Below are positions 24,201 to 36,468 of a stretch of DNA of 64,000 nt, piece by piece. The stretch lies in contig CM074816.1 in assembly GCA_037447605.1 (NCBI GenBank), positions 1,007,873 to 1,071,872 on the forward strand. The letters run 5' to 3'. The stretch's first letter is position 1. The number at the start of each line of letters is the position of its first letter. The DNA is from Zygnema circumcarinatum SAG 698-1b. Lineage: Eukaryota; Plantae; Zygnematophyceae. Under the pieces are notes generated by a model. That model worked only from the letters and a program-made list of their open reading frames with translations. It searched no databases and had not been told where the DNA came from. The translations under genes were made by a program, and so were the position numbers.

Positions 24201-27200
24201 ATAAAGTCAACACTGACATCGGCTGCGTCTCCTGCAGCTAACGAAGTTGCAGTGATTGAAGCTGAGGCAAGAATTCCCGAACCGGAAGGCAGTGTCATGA
24301 CTACATTAATTCCATTAAGTGGAGATGCGCCGGTGTTAGTTATGGTGGCAAAGGATGATAAGCTGGTGGTGGTGCCAGATGGGATAGTGAAAGTGAGGCC
24401 CTGCTGAGTTGGTTGCACAGCTGCTGAAATAAGTGTAGCAGACAAGCCCAATATATTGAAGGAGTCCTGCGGTGAACTATCTATAGATGGATAGCTGACG
24501 TCACTCGGATGCCGAGAAAACACATAGAACATGCCCGCCTCCGTTTGAATTGGGTCATATGTTGCCTGAAAACTACCGACTGCATCCGAAGTAGACGCTA
24601 AGATAATGGTTTTCACTTGATTGTTGAGGCCGGCCAAGACAATGCTAACATTCGAACCAACAGGGACTGAAGTAAGGGGAGGACTTGGAGTCGTTCTTCC
24701 GACAAAGGAGATGCGCTGAACATAAGGGAATACTCGCTTTCCACCACTCAATTGGACAGTAGCCGTGTATGGAAGAGGCACCAAGATCTGCCAATTATAT
24801 ACATCCGTTCCCGCAACATTGGCTGCTACAAGCTCAATAGAAACAGCCTGATCCGTTGTGGCTGCGGCCATCCAAGAGATAACGCCTGTCGTACTATTGA
24901 TCACCATCCCAAGAGGAGGGTTGATAAGTCTCCATTCAATAGGAGCAGTTCCACTTTGAACCCTTGGAAAGACTGTGTACGATGTGCCCGCATATACTAT
25001 GACTGTGTCGTCCTCTGCTGGCAGCCCCACACTGGAGATAACTGGAGGAGACAACTCCACACTACAATTCGAGCCATAGAAATATGTTCGACAGAGGCAA
25101 ATGCCTGCACTGCAAGTACCTAAGCTAGAGCATGGAGGGCTCCCAGGACATGGGCCGTAGTATCTTAGAAGACCAGGGGCAAAAACTTGAACGGCTCGTC
25201 CTAGAAACATGGCGGATATTCCAAGGGTGACAGTGGATTCGGGAGTATTGCTTGGAACTGTGCAAAAAAGAGAATCGGAAGAAATGAATGTGGCTTGGTT
25301 TCGGGCTACTCCATTGATGAGACAAGTGTAGGAGGTCCTTGGGTCGAAATCGCTACCTAGGAGTGTTATGGTTCCACCTCCAGTGCCGATAGAGGGAGGC
25401 GTGAAGCTGGAAACAAGGAACTGGCGTGGAGGTGGAGGAGGAAATGGGGGAGGACTCGGAGGAGGATTGGGAGATGGTGGTGGAGATGGAGGGGGTGAAG
25501 GGAAAGGTGGAGGTGTGGGAGGGGGAGGTGGTCTCGGAGGAGAGGGAGGGGGAGGTGGTCTCGGAGGAGGGGGAGAGGGAGGGGGTCTCGGAGGAGAGGG
25601 AGAGGGAGGTGGTCTTGGAGGAGCGGGAGAGGGATGTGGTCTCGGAGGAGAGGGAGAGGGAGGTGGTCTCGGAGGAGAGGGAGAGGGAGGTGGTCTTGGA
25701 GGCGAGGGAGAGGGAGGTGGTCTTGGAGGAGGTGGAGAGGAAGGTGGTCTGAGAGGTGGCGGAAGTGGCGGCGATTGCGGAGGCGGTTGACTTGGCGGCG
25801 GTTTTGCAGGTGTGGAAACTGCACAGAGAAAACTGCAACAATGTAAATGTGCAGACAAGCTGAAAACTTCAAACTGCCAAGTTTCAAAAGGTTCGGTTCA
25901 TGCAATAAGGGGTTTTGATCAATATAGTTATGGTGATAATCCTTAGCAAAATCTCCTTGGTGGAAATATGACGTTCTATGTTATACATCTGAGCAAGAAA
26001 AAACTCTGCCACTGTTATACATTTGATCGAAGGTATGGCGCACGTCCACGATATACTAGGTTTCAAGATACTTAACTTCGTTGTTAGACGAAGTCTATTG
26101 TGACTTGACCTGCGGAAGAGACTGTATGACATGCATACAATACTAAAGTAGTTCTAATTTCAAATGATTTTGCAGGGAGTAGGTATCAGGGTTGAAGGAC
26201 AGAATGGGGGAATGTAGTGTTAGATATAGGGATAGTGCGTGGACGGGCTGGCAGGACCGTAGACGTGACGGCGGCGAGCCCACCGCACATTATAACCTCT
26301 TCTTAAATTCCTTTTTGTTCCAGTCGGTTAAGCATAGAGTTTGACGCCCAACAGCAGAATTACACAACATAAACTAAGTTTTATAGGAAACGATGATTGT
26401 GATAGCTGACAATCATGCAAAACGAGGTGTGGACAGGAGAATATATATGATTCATTTGATTATCTTTTTAAGAACAAAGAAAAACCTGCATTTTTTCTTG
26501 TTCAGGGTTTCCGCAGCTTTATCAGCGGGGCAGCAAGCAGGGCGCTTCCTTTTGCCTTTACATTTGTAACGATGGTCGCAACCACTCGCTATCCAGAACT
26601 TTAAATGCATTACTGTCCATCTCTCAGAATTCGATCATCTCGCTTCCGTGCGACCGAGCAACCGGTAAAAGTGAGGGAAATTCTATTTGAAAGACTTAGG
26701 ACATTCCTATGTATGATTCCTACATCATGCAGAGCGGGCAAATGCACCCTCACGGCACGCATGAAGGTACAAAAGTTTGGCAACGCACCCATCCAGCTGC
26801 TCTCAAAGCTCCACGATAAAATCTGATGAGCATCAATGCAAGCCCCCGTTGCGGCTGTAAATCCAACAAAGGCCGAGGCTATACGGGAACAGTCCGCGCA
26901 GGTGGGTGGCCGAAGGATGCGGCAGAGGGACTTGGAATAATAACGGAGAACAGGCTGAACAGGTTTGCTATTCGCGTCGCTGAAGAATATGGACCACTGG
27001 CTGGTTTTGCTTTTGTATTCCACCCATGCATACTTCGTCGAGGTTTCCGACAAGTCGTCGAGGATGGACGTAATTGCGGATGCAATGGTCGTGGGGTTCA
27101 TGTCCTCAAGTATTCCAACATTTCTTCCATTAGGATCACTGTACTCAGAATTGACGTAAGTGTCGAATTTAACGGCTATGGAACCAACTGTGGCCGATCC

Positions 27201-29902
27201 TCCGTAGGAGTACCCGAGACCTCCCCCCGCGACTGCCCCAATTTCGCTCAAGTCCGCGTTGGAAGAAACAAGGGTGAAAGTAAGGCCATCCCCATCACAG
27301 CCTTGCATGTTGTTAAATATGAGAAACGAGAACGTCGCATTAAAAGAAGCTGCTTCGCAACCTCCAGTTCCGTTTTTGAGCAAGGTCATCGGAGCCGGAT
27401 GGAATGCATTGCCAGACTGGTAACTGCTGTAAGCCGTCAGCTGCAGCCTGTTGCCGACGACTTCTGTATTGCCTTGCATGATGGGAGGATTGCTGGTATT
27501 GAAATTGACATAGTTGAAGGCCGTCGGAGTAGCAAGTGCTGCATAAACTCAAAAAAATGAGTATCAGAAATAAGTGGAAGAGCAAAGAATCTGTTGTGTA
27601 ACTGGCAAAATTGCGAGGATAGAACAGAAATAATCGACTGGTGGACGAACTTTCTGTTGGTGGAATTCGCAACTCAGAGACTGGCATCAAAAACTCAACA
27701 TCACACAAAATTCCAAATAGCACCTTGTGTCCCATCCGATATTTTCCCTTTACTTCCCAAAGCCCTAACCCGTACAATCACAAAGAGGAGTCTCCCACTT
27801 CCCGTTCACCTTAGATTCACGAAAGCAAGTCTTTCAGCCAATCTTTGATGGCTGGACCAGCTTTTTTGCATCCTTTTTGGTTCCCGAATGCGACGATGCA
27901 GATGCCAAATATACTTTCCAATGCTCCAATTTTCCATGCAATTTTTTTCCTGCACGTGCAGCTGTTCTTTTATTCTATATAATGGATTGCTCTCTAAGAG
28001 CCTCCGCAGCTTCCTCTGCGGAACAGGAGGCAGGGCGCCTCCTTCTGCTTTGTATTTGTAACGTCTGTGAATGTACTCGCTTCAGAACTCCTTTAGATGC
28101 TCATCGCAGTTCTGAACCTCCGGGAAAACCCTAAACGTCCTAATGACCCTAAGAACTCCAAATTTGCAGAAGAAAGTACCGGTGGAGGACTAGCATCGAG
28201 CGGAGAGGAGAGCTCTGAATTGGGGGGGGCGGAGGGAGAGCTGCCACTTGGCAGCAGCGCAGAGAGCGACCCTGAAAACCCTTATATATTTCAAATCTGG
28301 GAGAGTTCTAAATCGAAGTAGGAGAGGACTCCGTCATGCCTCGAGGGAGGGAGAGTGGGAGGAGAGGAAAAGGGAGTTCTTACGGCACTTAAAACCGTAT
28401 ATGAAAATGTGATGTATGGATTAATGATGCCAGAAAGAGCATCCGGGTTCTTACATAGTCAGACCTGCAGCTATGCGTTCCGTAGGCACTCCTTGAGTCA
28501 GCTGTGGAAACCCTAAACACGAAAAAAAAAATAGGTGATCCTGCAAACCCTCAAAATCTGCAGAAGCTGGCACAGCTGTCATTAAGCGGAGACGGAATCT
28601 CTGAACATTGGGGAAAAGGTAGAGTTGCCACCCTGGCAGCTGCAGAAATACCCTGATGCTCATTACAGTTCTGAACATGCCGAATACTGAATGAAGAATT
28701 CTAACAATTGGAAATCCCTAAAAGGACAGGCTCTGAGAATTGCAATGCCGCCTCGGCAGCTGCAGCAGCCTCTTCTCCCGCTCTCGAAGCACAGAGAGGG
28801 GTCGGGCGAGGAGGGAGCAGAGCGCATTTGTCATGAAGCGTATTCTGGAGCGGTATTTTAACAGATTCGATAATCATCTCGCACGGAGAGGCTATTGGAT
28901 GTTCCCTCATATTCTGCAATCTTCACCACCTTTTAACCCCTCTGCAGAACCAACAGGAGGTGGGAGGACTGGCATCAATAGGAGAGGAGAGTTCTAACCA
29001 GGAAAGTAGACGTACAGCTGAAACTTGGGATGCGCAGATGGAGACCCTCAGAACCCTAATTTACCTTGAAAGGAAATTTCTACAAATATGGAAGATTCAA
29101 AGAAGTTGGTAAAACCCGAAAATTAGAAGAAAGGCAAGGCTCTGCAACGCATGGCTTCTGCAATGCAACGCTACAACAGCTCCCTCTCCTGCTGCTAAAG
29201 CAGGGAGTGAGGTCGGTCGCGAAGGGAGTGACAGGGTGAGGAAGGGCAAGAGGGAGGAGAGGAAAGGATGCTCTTGCAACTCCTCATGCGATGCATGTAA
29301 TGATTGCGAGAAGTCGCCGGATGCTGTCATAGTCGGAAGCAAGGCTATGCTTTCCTTCGGAACTCTAGCGTCGACTACGTGCTCGCAGCTCCATGAAATG
29401 GTGGAATTTAAAGGCGCTCCCTCTTTCAGTCAGTGGACCAGCTCGTCCTCCAAAAGCTCGCCTTTTTTCTCAGGGACTGAAAGTGGCTCCATGAAGGACT
29501 TTCGAACGGATTCTTTACTAACGCATATTCTGGATCGGAATTTCTAAAACGGGAGTCGAGAAACGTCTGAGGATTAGAGAGAGATTCCGATAAATATGTA
29601 AAACAACAAAGGAACACGGAAAAAACTCGTAACAGAAAGATGACGAGCCAGCTGAAGCATTGTCCTTCACACACCATTTACTTATACGACTGTGCACAAG
29701 ATCGACTGTCCATGGTAGTCTGATGATGTAATTCCATGCTTTTGCGATAAAAGCGACGAGCGAGCGTACAAGACATCACACGCAACTCTTCGTTACCTTG
29801 TGACAAAGGCGGAGGGCCGGACGGGACCATGTCCGCAAGTGCGAGCGCGGCCAGGTGGAGGGCCGCGAGCAGCAGCGCGAGAAGGGAGGGAGGGGAAGCC
29901 AT
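16879..29902 (-). CDS. Giant secreted multidomain protein (~2,300 aa, at least 14 exons): signal peptide, L-type lectin, Pro-rich rod, IPT/TIG, EGF, Ig-like repeats, uncharacterised core, Pro-rich rod
   Basis: Manual model with all GT-AG junctions phase-compatible: 29902-29797, 27538-26789, 25818-23537, 23392-23256, 23089-22983, 22797-22629, 22352-22169, 21947-21485, 20950-20699, 20387-20152, 20023-19867, 19594-19344, 19058-18491, 18259-16879. Two apparent indels (~18806, ~17380). Terminal exon unresolved. Confidence 0.82.
18491..20950 (-). CDS. Exons 9-13: conserved core
   Basis: ESGILIS..RRFIERWN; GTCAEVSVVVKQ; VEAQLQLTN; GETSGSADWL..PTTYFIGGTLSY; GDNPFTSEVEPAVP; VRWLIQSSLQG; NPLGEPSLS; DEYPDFLVD. 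One base is missing at 18805-18807. Confidence 0.85.
21485..22352 (-). CDS. Exons 7-8 (22352-22169, 21947-21485): Cys-rich segment
   Basis: WCYPCDGIIC...ATIPFNCNKCIDAGIKAFAKC...RKLLQ. The exon-8 donor position is the least certain junction. Confidence 0.75.
22629..23392 (-). CDS. Exons 4-6 (23392-23256, 23089-22983, 22797-22629): start of the conserved core
   Basis: Spliced translation LFLKRDLVTVAFTVVPTSFEEVNSVELTLVFST-RVPAPVVIVEP...ITNVGLIA-ALATELVLPSDDPNFEF reads continuously. Exon 5 is not in the ORF track. Confidence 0.85.
23537..25818 (-). CDS. Exon 3: Pro-rich rod, IPT/TIG, EGF-like, putative-Ig, further Ig/CARDB-like and carboxypeptidase-regulatory-like folds
   Basis: PPRPPPSPS repeats; VSSFTPPSIGTGGGTITLLGSDF; CPGSPPCSSLGTCSAGICLCRTYFYGSNC; GTAPIEWRLINPPLGMVINSTTGVISW; QDEYTFFAPGSPLLEGATVTL. 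Confidence 0.88.
26789..27538 (-). CDS. Exon 2: legume (L-type) lectin domain
   Basis: AFNYVNF..MQGNTEVVGNRLQLT, SFNATFSF, GDGLTF, GGGLGY, IAVKFDTYVNSEYSDPNGRNVGI, AWVEY, AFVGFTAATG, HQILSWSF; tatgcag| acceptor and G|GTGCGT donor. Confidence 0.9.
29797..29902 (-). CDS. Exon 1: signal peptide
   Basis: MASPPSLLALLLAALHLAALALA/DMVPSGPPPLSQ then G|GTAACG. The phase-1 donor matches the lectin-exon acceptor. Confidence 0.7.
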
Positions 29903-30298
29903 ATCGCAGACCCTCCGCTCTCATAGCCTCCTCTCCCTCTCTATTCCTCCCTCTCCCTCGCCCTCTCCCTCTCCGTCTCCCTCTCCCTCTCCCTCTCGCG
30001 CCCCCTCAGGCAGGCGACCGTCCGCCTCACTCCGCCGCCTCTCCCTCGCCTGCCCCCTCTTCTCAGCGATCCCACGATATCCCAAGTGTGCAAATGTTTT
30101 CCGAAGGAAGTACTTTGGATTGCACTTTTGCGCCCTATTTCACAAGATCTCTGTACGGAATTTGAACTCAGTTCGAGATTCACCGTGGCTGTACGGACAC
30201 AAATATCGGTCCCCTCACCAGGCGGCGCCGACTTTGGCGTTTCTCCTCCCGCGGTCGCCGTACTGGGAGGTACTGTACTTCCACTGTACAGTACAGTA

Positions 30299-33200
30299 CA
30301 GTAGGACCCCGTCATATTTTCCACCTTCAAAAGTGCGTCCTGTAGCGTAACGGAGCTGCGTTCGACGGATCCGCGCCCGTTCAGTTGTACTTGACATGTT
30401 CATATTCAGTGTCACGGACCGGCCTGATCCAGGAATTGCCGACGGAAAATGCGAGACGGCGGCGCCATTTGTTGGCGGCCCACGGGACAGCACACCATCC
30501 AGCTAGGCGCACTCGGAAGCGCCGCAAGATGCCGCCGATTGTCATCAGTTGACCTATCCGAAGGCTCCACGTAGTCAGTCAGGCCTCTCAGTGGGCAGTT
30601 GGCCAATCAGAGGCTGTCACTGCTAAGGCTCAAGATCTATTGTCAGTGTTAAGTAGATGGGATGTCAGTGATGCTTTTTTGTCTTTTAGTGCTGGGCTTA
30701 GTATTTGTATTTGCTGTGTGGTTTGTCTTCTTGTTCTTCTCTTCTTCCTCTTCAGTTCCAGCAACAGATGCTAAGTGTGAGAGAGAGAGAGAGTTCCATG
30801 CCATAGATAGAGAGAGAGAGAGAGAGAAAGAGTCTTCTTGCTGATAGCATTTAGACGTCCCATTCAGCCCAGCCAGACAAAGATTTCAGTGAGAAGATAC
30901 TTTCATCAGAATGACAATCCTCACCAACCGCCGGGCCGGGTGACTTTCCAAAATACAACCTTATCTAAGTTGAGTCCCTGCTTCCCTTTGCCGCCACTAT
31001 GCCAAGCTACCATCTTGTTCTATCCTGCCTCACATTCCTCCCAATGACCAATGATAATCTCAAGCCTAGCCAAGAGACTAGCCGGTGAGTAGTGACAGTG
31101 GGAGGAGAGCCCCTGGGCGAAGGGCTCTGCGATCGAGTCCACGGCGGGAACATCTTCGTGATCCTCGGCGGCTCGCTGGGCCCGCGCTGCATCTCCGAAG
31201 TCTCCCGATCCTCGCTCTATGTCGGCAAAGTGCACTACGTAACCCCACCCAACCTCTTCATCGGGCCAAAGACGGACGCTGAAAGCCGCATGTACACTGC
31301 AGAATTCAGCTCAGCCTCTTTAACCCCACTTATCTTGGAAATGAAATAAGGTTTTGCGCATCCACGCATTTGATACGCTAGGTGCTGCCGACCCCCGTGA
31401 CTCGTGTCATGCTCTCGCCATGGATGGCGAGCCGCAATAAGAGGTGGATGCTGCATCTTCAAGTGAGTTTTATGGAGACTTGGGACCTCAAGAAGAACAG
31501 GCGATCCGAAATCCAAGGACGGATTCAGACTCAGAGGAAGAAGCAGTCAGAGAAAGACTGAAGATGGGCATCACCGAAGAGAACCCTTATCCCAGTCTGG
31601 CTTACCTTGAGCAGATCGAAGTCGCATTGAAGAGCCGTTTAATTTTACTCCAGTGCGTGCTGATGGCCATAAACTGGGCCGGCACCGGAACGATCAAGCT
31701 CATAAACGCCTGCCGGGCCGGCCGCCTACCGCATGCCGTGGAGGGCAGTGAGTCCGACCTTGAGGTCCCCACCGCTGCCCACCAGAGACATGCCACTCTG
31801 AGCCCGGCCGGATAACTACCGCGACTCAGAGTCCCTTCAAGCGCCGCCAGCCGCAAGAGACGCACCCCACAGCAGAGCAAGGGATTCCTGTAAGACACCT
31901 ACCCTCCGGGCGTCGCTGCCACAACTTACCCAACTGTAGCCCTGTGCGAGCAACCTTCAGGCGGCGGACGCATCGCGAAGCGACCCTCCAGCTTTCAGCA
32001 GACCAACCTCAAGCAGAGAAGACACGAGTCGAGATCTCGAAGTTTCCCACAAGATGGACGAGATGATGACCAAATTGATAGCAATGATTCCTGAAAAGAG
32101 TGAGGTGAGGGATACCACGGGCATCATCACAAGAGGCTTCACCGGCAAGCAGGAAGATGCGGAAGCCTGGCTGAGACATCTTGAGGAGAAGGCAGCTTAA
32201 AGGTGACTCAAGGAAGACCCGGATCAAGCCGCCCTTTGAGCTACCGGAAGGAGAGGCGCCAATCGAAGTCGCCCCAAACTGGCACGCGTATGTCGCCGCA
32301 ACCGACAAAGACACATTCAAGCAAGCTTTTGTGACAACGCCGGATTTCGCATCCAATCACTCGCGACCGACTGGGCTACATAGAGCGCTACGCTGATGAG
32401 CCGCCGCTCAATTCACCGGAAGCGCTTCAGGCGCGATGGCAACAATGACGAGAACTTGCCCACTTTCCCCGGTTCTCCAAAGGGTTCCGCAAGGCCATCA
32501 CGTAGAAGGATCTCCACTGATCGTGAGCCGCGCTGACAACCCACCGCCAGATGCCCGGTGCCTTGTTAGAAAGGGCGTGGTTTAATTCTATGATCAAGAG
32601 AGAGGCAAGTAACCATTATGTACTGTAATTCACATTACATGAACGCCAAGGTGATCCACGACAAGATCGACTTCCTACCAGCGCCTCAAGACAATAATCG
32701 CCAATCGTATGATCCCTTACGCTACATCTTCTGTAGAACAAGCCATCTTTCTCCTGCATCCCCGCCAGACGCCCCGCAACCCTATGCGGTGCTCGCTATA
32801 GCCGCTACTCAAGCTTCCCTTCCCCTTTCCCCCGCACTTCGCGATCCGGCGCATCCCATTGAGCCGTGAATCCTCACATACCGTATGCTTCTCGCCCAGA
32901 TATTCTGCCTTTATTCCTATCGCAGACACCAAGAGAGAGAGAAGTCGCCAGGTCATCTCAGGCTGGGCCGGATGACGAGGCAGGGGTTCTAGAGGGCGCT
33001 CGCCTTGCCTCGCTGCCCACCATAACTGCTGCCGCTAGGACCATGGACTCCGCGACTTCGGCTGCATCACTCGGACATGATGCCCGTGTATGCATGCGGA
33101 GACTCTCAAGTGAGAAGGCCCGAAAGGGGAAAGAGGCAGCTGCAGGGAGCTCACCTGCAGAGATCACCTTCATGGACATGCTCCCGGCTACTCCCACACC

Positions 33201-36200
33201 ACCGAGAACTCCGGCTCCCTTTCGCCCGCCTCCACCTCCTTCACCCGCTTACACCATCCTGCAACGACCGCCTATCCACCTGCACCCCATGGACTCCCCT
33301 TCCCTGACAAACGCATTGGGTGCTGAGCCCGATCCTGCTGCCCGCTCACGCACTGCCCAGATTGCCGCAGCATTGCAACCGGCTTGGTCCGAATCCCCCA
33401 TCACTTCAAAAGAGGGTGCTCAAGCCTGGATCGCCGAGATTGCAAATGCCTTGCGCAGGCTCCCTGTCAACCAAAGTGATCCTCATTCACATCCCCTGCC
33501 ATTCCTCCCTGCCGATGTCAACGGCGCCAGCTCCTCTGGCACGGCTCCACCGGTCGCCACCCCTTTCCGGAGAACTTCANNNNNNNNNNGGTGATAGCTG
33601 CACCCAGCTTTCCCCCACACGAGACCATTGGTGATGAGGAGTGGCAGGAAATAGAGGGTCAGATGCGATTGGGGCCAGCAGTCCATTCAGACCCGATCAA
33701 GCATTCACAATTACGCCAAGTGCTGCGCCGAAATCATCTAGTTTTCGCACGACATTCACTCGACATTGGCAAGACCCACCTGATAGAGCACCACATCGAT
33801 ACGGGGGATGCACCTCCCGTGATGACCATGACTCCATACCGCTTTTCCGCCGCTCAGCAGGCCGATGTCGAACGACAGATCGATGAGAACGTGGGTGCCG
33901 GCTTGATGGAACCTGGAGAAGGGCCTTGGGCCACCCTACCGCTCGCCCCAAAGCCGGATGTGGCACACTCACGCCTGCGGGAGACTATCTAAATCAATGC
34001 CATAACGGCGGGGATCCTTATAATGCTGCACGGGATGTGGACTGATTCTCCACGGTGTCTCCCCGAGGATCATGGTGGTTCTCGTGGGCTCCTGCATACG
34101 TTGAATCCTTTCCTCGTAGATCCTCGCGACAAAGCCGATCAGCCAAGAAGATAGAGCCAGCATACCAATGCCGCTTCGTGGCAAAGGGACGGTGCTTCCC
34201 TTTGGGCTCAAGAATCTCCAGCCAGACTCATACTCAAATACCGCCAACCAGGTGTTCGCCCCCGCTGTCTTCAAGGAACCTTTACGCTGATGATGCTTCA
34301 TCCACAAAGAAGGATCGGGTCCTTCCCACCGCAAATACTGACCAAGTCCTCGCATCAGCCTTATCAAGGCCACCAAGATTGCACCCAAGAAGTGCAAATG
34401 GGGCCATCAGGAGATCACTCATCTCGGGCACCGCCTCGGCATCAATGGCCTGAAACCATCACTCGACAAGATTGAAGCGATTGCCCTTATGCCGATTCCA
34501 CAGACCCTCACTCAGCTCAAGTCCTTCTTGGGGCTCACCTCATTCTATCGCCGGTTCATCAAGGGCTATGCCCTTATCGCACGTCCCCTACATGCCTTGG
34601 AGAAGCACGGAGTCCAATACGAATGGAGCCGAGCGCAGGATTTGGCCTTCCACGCGCTCAAGAGTGCCCTCCTTCAGGCTCCTTGTCTGCATCAATTTGA
34701 CCCCACCCTGCCAACCATCATTGACGCTGACTGGAGTCAGACGGGATTTGGGGCAGTGGCCAGTCAAGCCTTTCCGGATGGGGAACACCCGGTCAGTTAT
34801 GCTAGCAGGGTTTGTTTGGAAACCGAGACCAAGTACAGCCCTACAAAGGGTGAGGCCGCGGCTATCCTCTGGGCACTCGAGAAGTTCAAGCTCTTCACGG
34901 CCTACCAGCCCATTATCATCCGGACTGACCACATGCCCCTCACCTGGCTGCACATCATGGCTACCCTACGCCCTAAGTTTGCACGATGGGTGATGAAGTT
35001 GGAGGAGTATAATGTACTTAAGGTCNNNNNNNNNNCTCATTGGTCCATTTCTAATCCCCGCCACTTTTTGCCGCTTCGCCAACATTGCGCTTGTCGGCCA
35101 TACCTTTCGATTTCGAATTTGTCTTACTCCCTCCTCCACCTCCGGTCCTGCCGATACTCCCCATTGCCGAATAACCGAGGAAGCTTCTCCACACGGCCAC
35201 CGACTCGCCTCCCGTCCACGTCATCCTTGGCTCCTCCCCTGCCCTTTGTCTCTTCTTCCTTGCGCCCGCAGGGGCGTGCGCTTGTTCCCCCCCCCCGGCA
35301 TGTGCTACAGATGTAGCGTAACGGAGCTGCGTTCGACGGATCCGCGCCCGTTCAGTTGTACTTGACATGTTCATATTCAGTGTCACGGACCGGCCTGATC
35401 CAGGAATTGCCGACGGAAAATGCGAGACGGCGGCGCCATTTGTTGGCGGCTCCACGGATAAAGATAATTATCCAGTTTAGTGCACTCTAAGTCGCCGTAG
35501 TATGCCGCCATTATTACTGCTGACTCATCCTAAGGCTCTATAGGCCGGCCAGCCCACGCGCTGGCCAATCGTAGGCCGCTACCGCTAAGGCTCAAGATCT
35601 ATTGCCAGTGTTAAGTAGATGGGATGTCAGTGATGCTTTTTGTCTTTTAGTGCTGGGCTTAGTATTTGTATTTGCTGTGTGGTTTGTCTTCTTGTTCTTC
35701 TCTTCTTCCTCTTCAGTTCCAGCAACAGATGCTAAGTGTGAGAGAGAGAGAGAGTTCCATGCCATAGATANNNNNNNNNNCCCAAGGAAGGGCTCTTTGC
35801 GCATCGAGTCCAGCCGCCGGTGGGAACATCTTCAGGATCCCTGCGTCTTCCGCTGCGCGTACCTCTGAGTCTCCCGGATCCTGGCTCTATGCTGCAGGCA
35901 GACCCACAGAACCGACCCAACCCTTCATCAGTTTCAGCACAGACGCGCGAGTGGCCGTACAGCACCTGCAACTAGCTCAACAGTCTCCTTTTAACCCCAC
36001 TTATCTTGTGCCACAGTCCCGAAGAAATTCGCCCCGATTTTGCCGAAACCACCTTTTTGTACGGTAACTTTGAGTTAGCCGTACTATTCGTACGATCCAC
36101 ACTATCCGTACTATTCGTACTAACCGTACTACCCGTACTAGCTGTACTAGCCGTCACGGGCTTACACAAAACTCACCTATTCTCCCCGCAAGTGCCGCCG

Positions 36201-36468
36201 TAAGAGGCGCTCGCTCTTCTCCACTTCTTTTTTTGGCTTCGATACGATACAATACTCCCCGATACGGTACTATCCGTATCAGCCGTACGAGCTTTAGTAG
36301 CCGTTACGGGCTCGAATTTAAACGATACGATACGATACGTACGAACATACAAGAACTCTAACATAATTCCGCTCGCCTATTGGTAACACGGACCTTATAT
36401 TTGCCAAATACAATATTTTCGCCCGATATTTGCCAAATCTATGGCGAAAATATGACGGGGTCCTACTG
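30299..36468. mobile_element. Second copy of the 587-bp MITE, split by a gypsy insertion
   Basis: 30299-30340 and 36016-36468 together reconstitute the reverse complement of 12164-12750; TA at both outer ends. Confidence 0.9.
30341..36015 (+). mobile_element. Ty3/gypsy family D, copy 1 (noisy, gapped)
   Basis: LTR 30341-31335, degenerate PBS, gag remnants, RT (33591-34470), RT/RNase H (34489-35025), 3' LTR 35312-36015; GTCC on both flanks. Confidence 0.9.

Noticed and set aside
26610-26788. Kinase-like LHDVGIIHRN at the end of the lectin ORF, suggesting a lectin receptor kinase
   Set aside because: It lies after a good phase-matched donor (G|GTGCGT). There is no transmembrane segment, no other kinase subdomain and no HRD aspartate. 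Treated as intron read-through, though a relic cannot be excluded.
27539-27777. Hydrophobic LLFHLFLILIFL stretch as a signal peptide for the lectin
   Set aside because: Out of frame and explained by a T-rich intron end with a CTGAT branch site; a better signal exon exists at 29797-29902.
30341-36015. Family D as a DIRS/Ngaro tyrosine-recombinase element
   Set aside because: Its sister copy encodes a DDE integrase with an HHCC finger, it has a tRNA PBS and TSDs, and no tyrosine recombinase is visible (though gaps follow the integrase).
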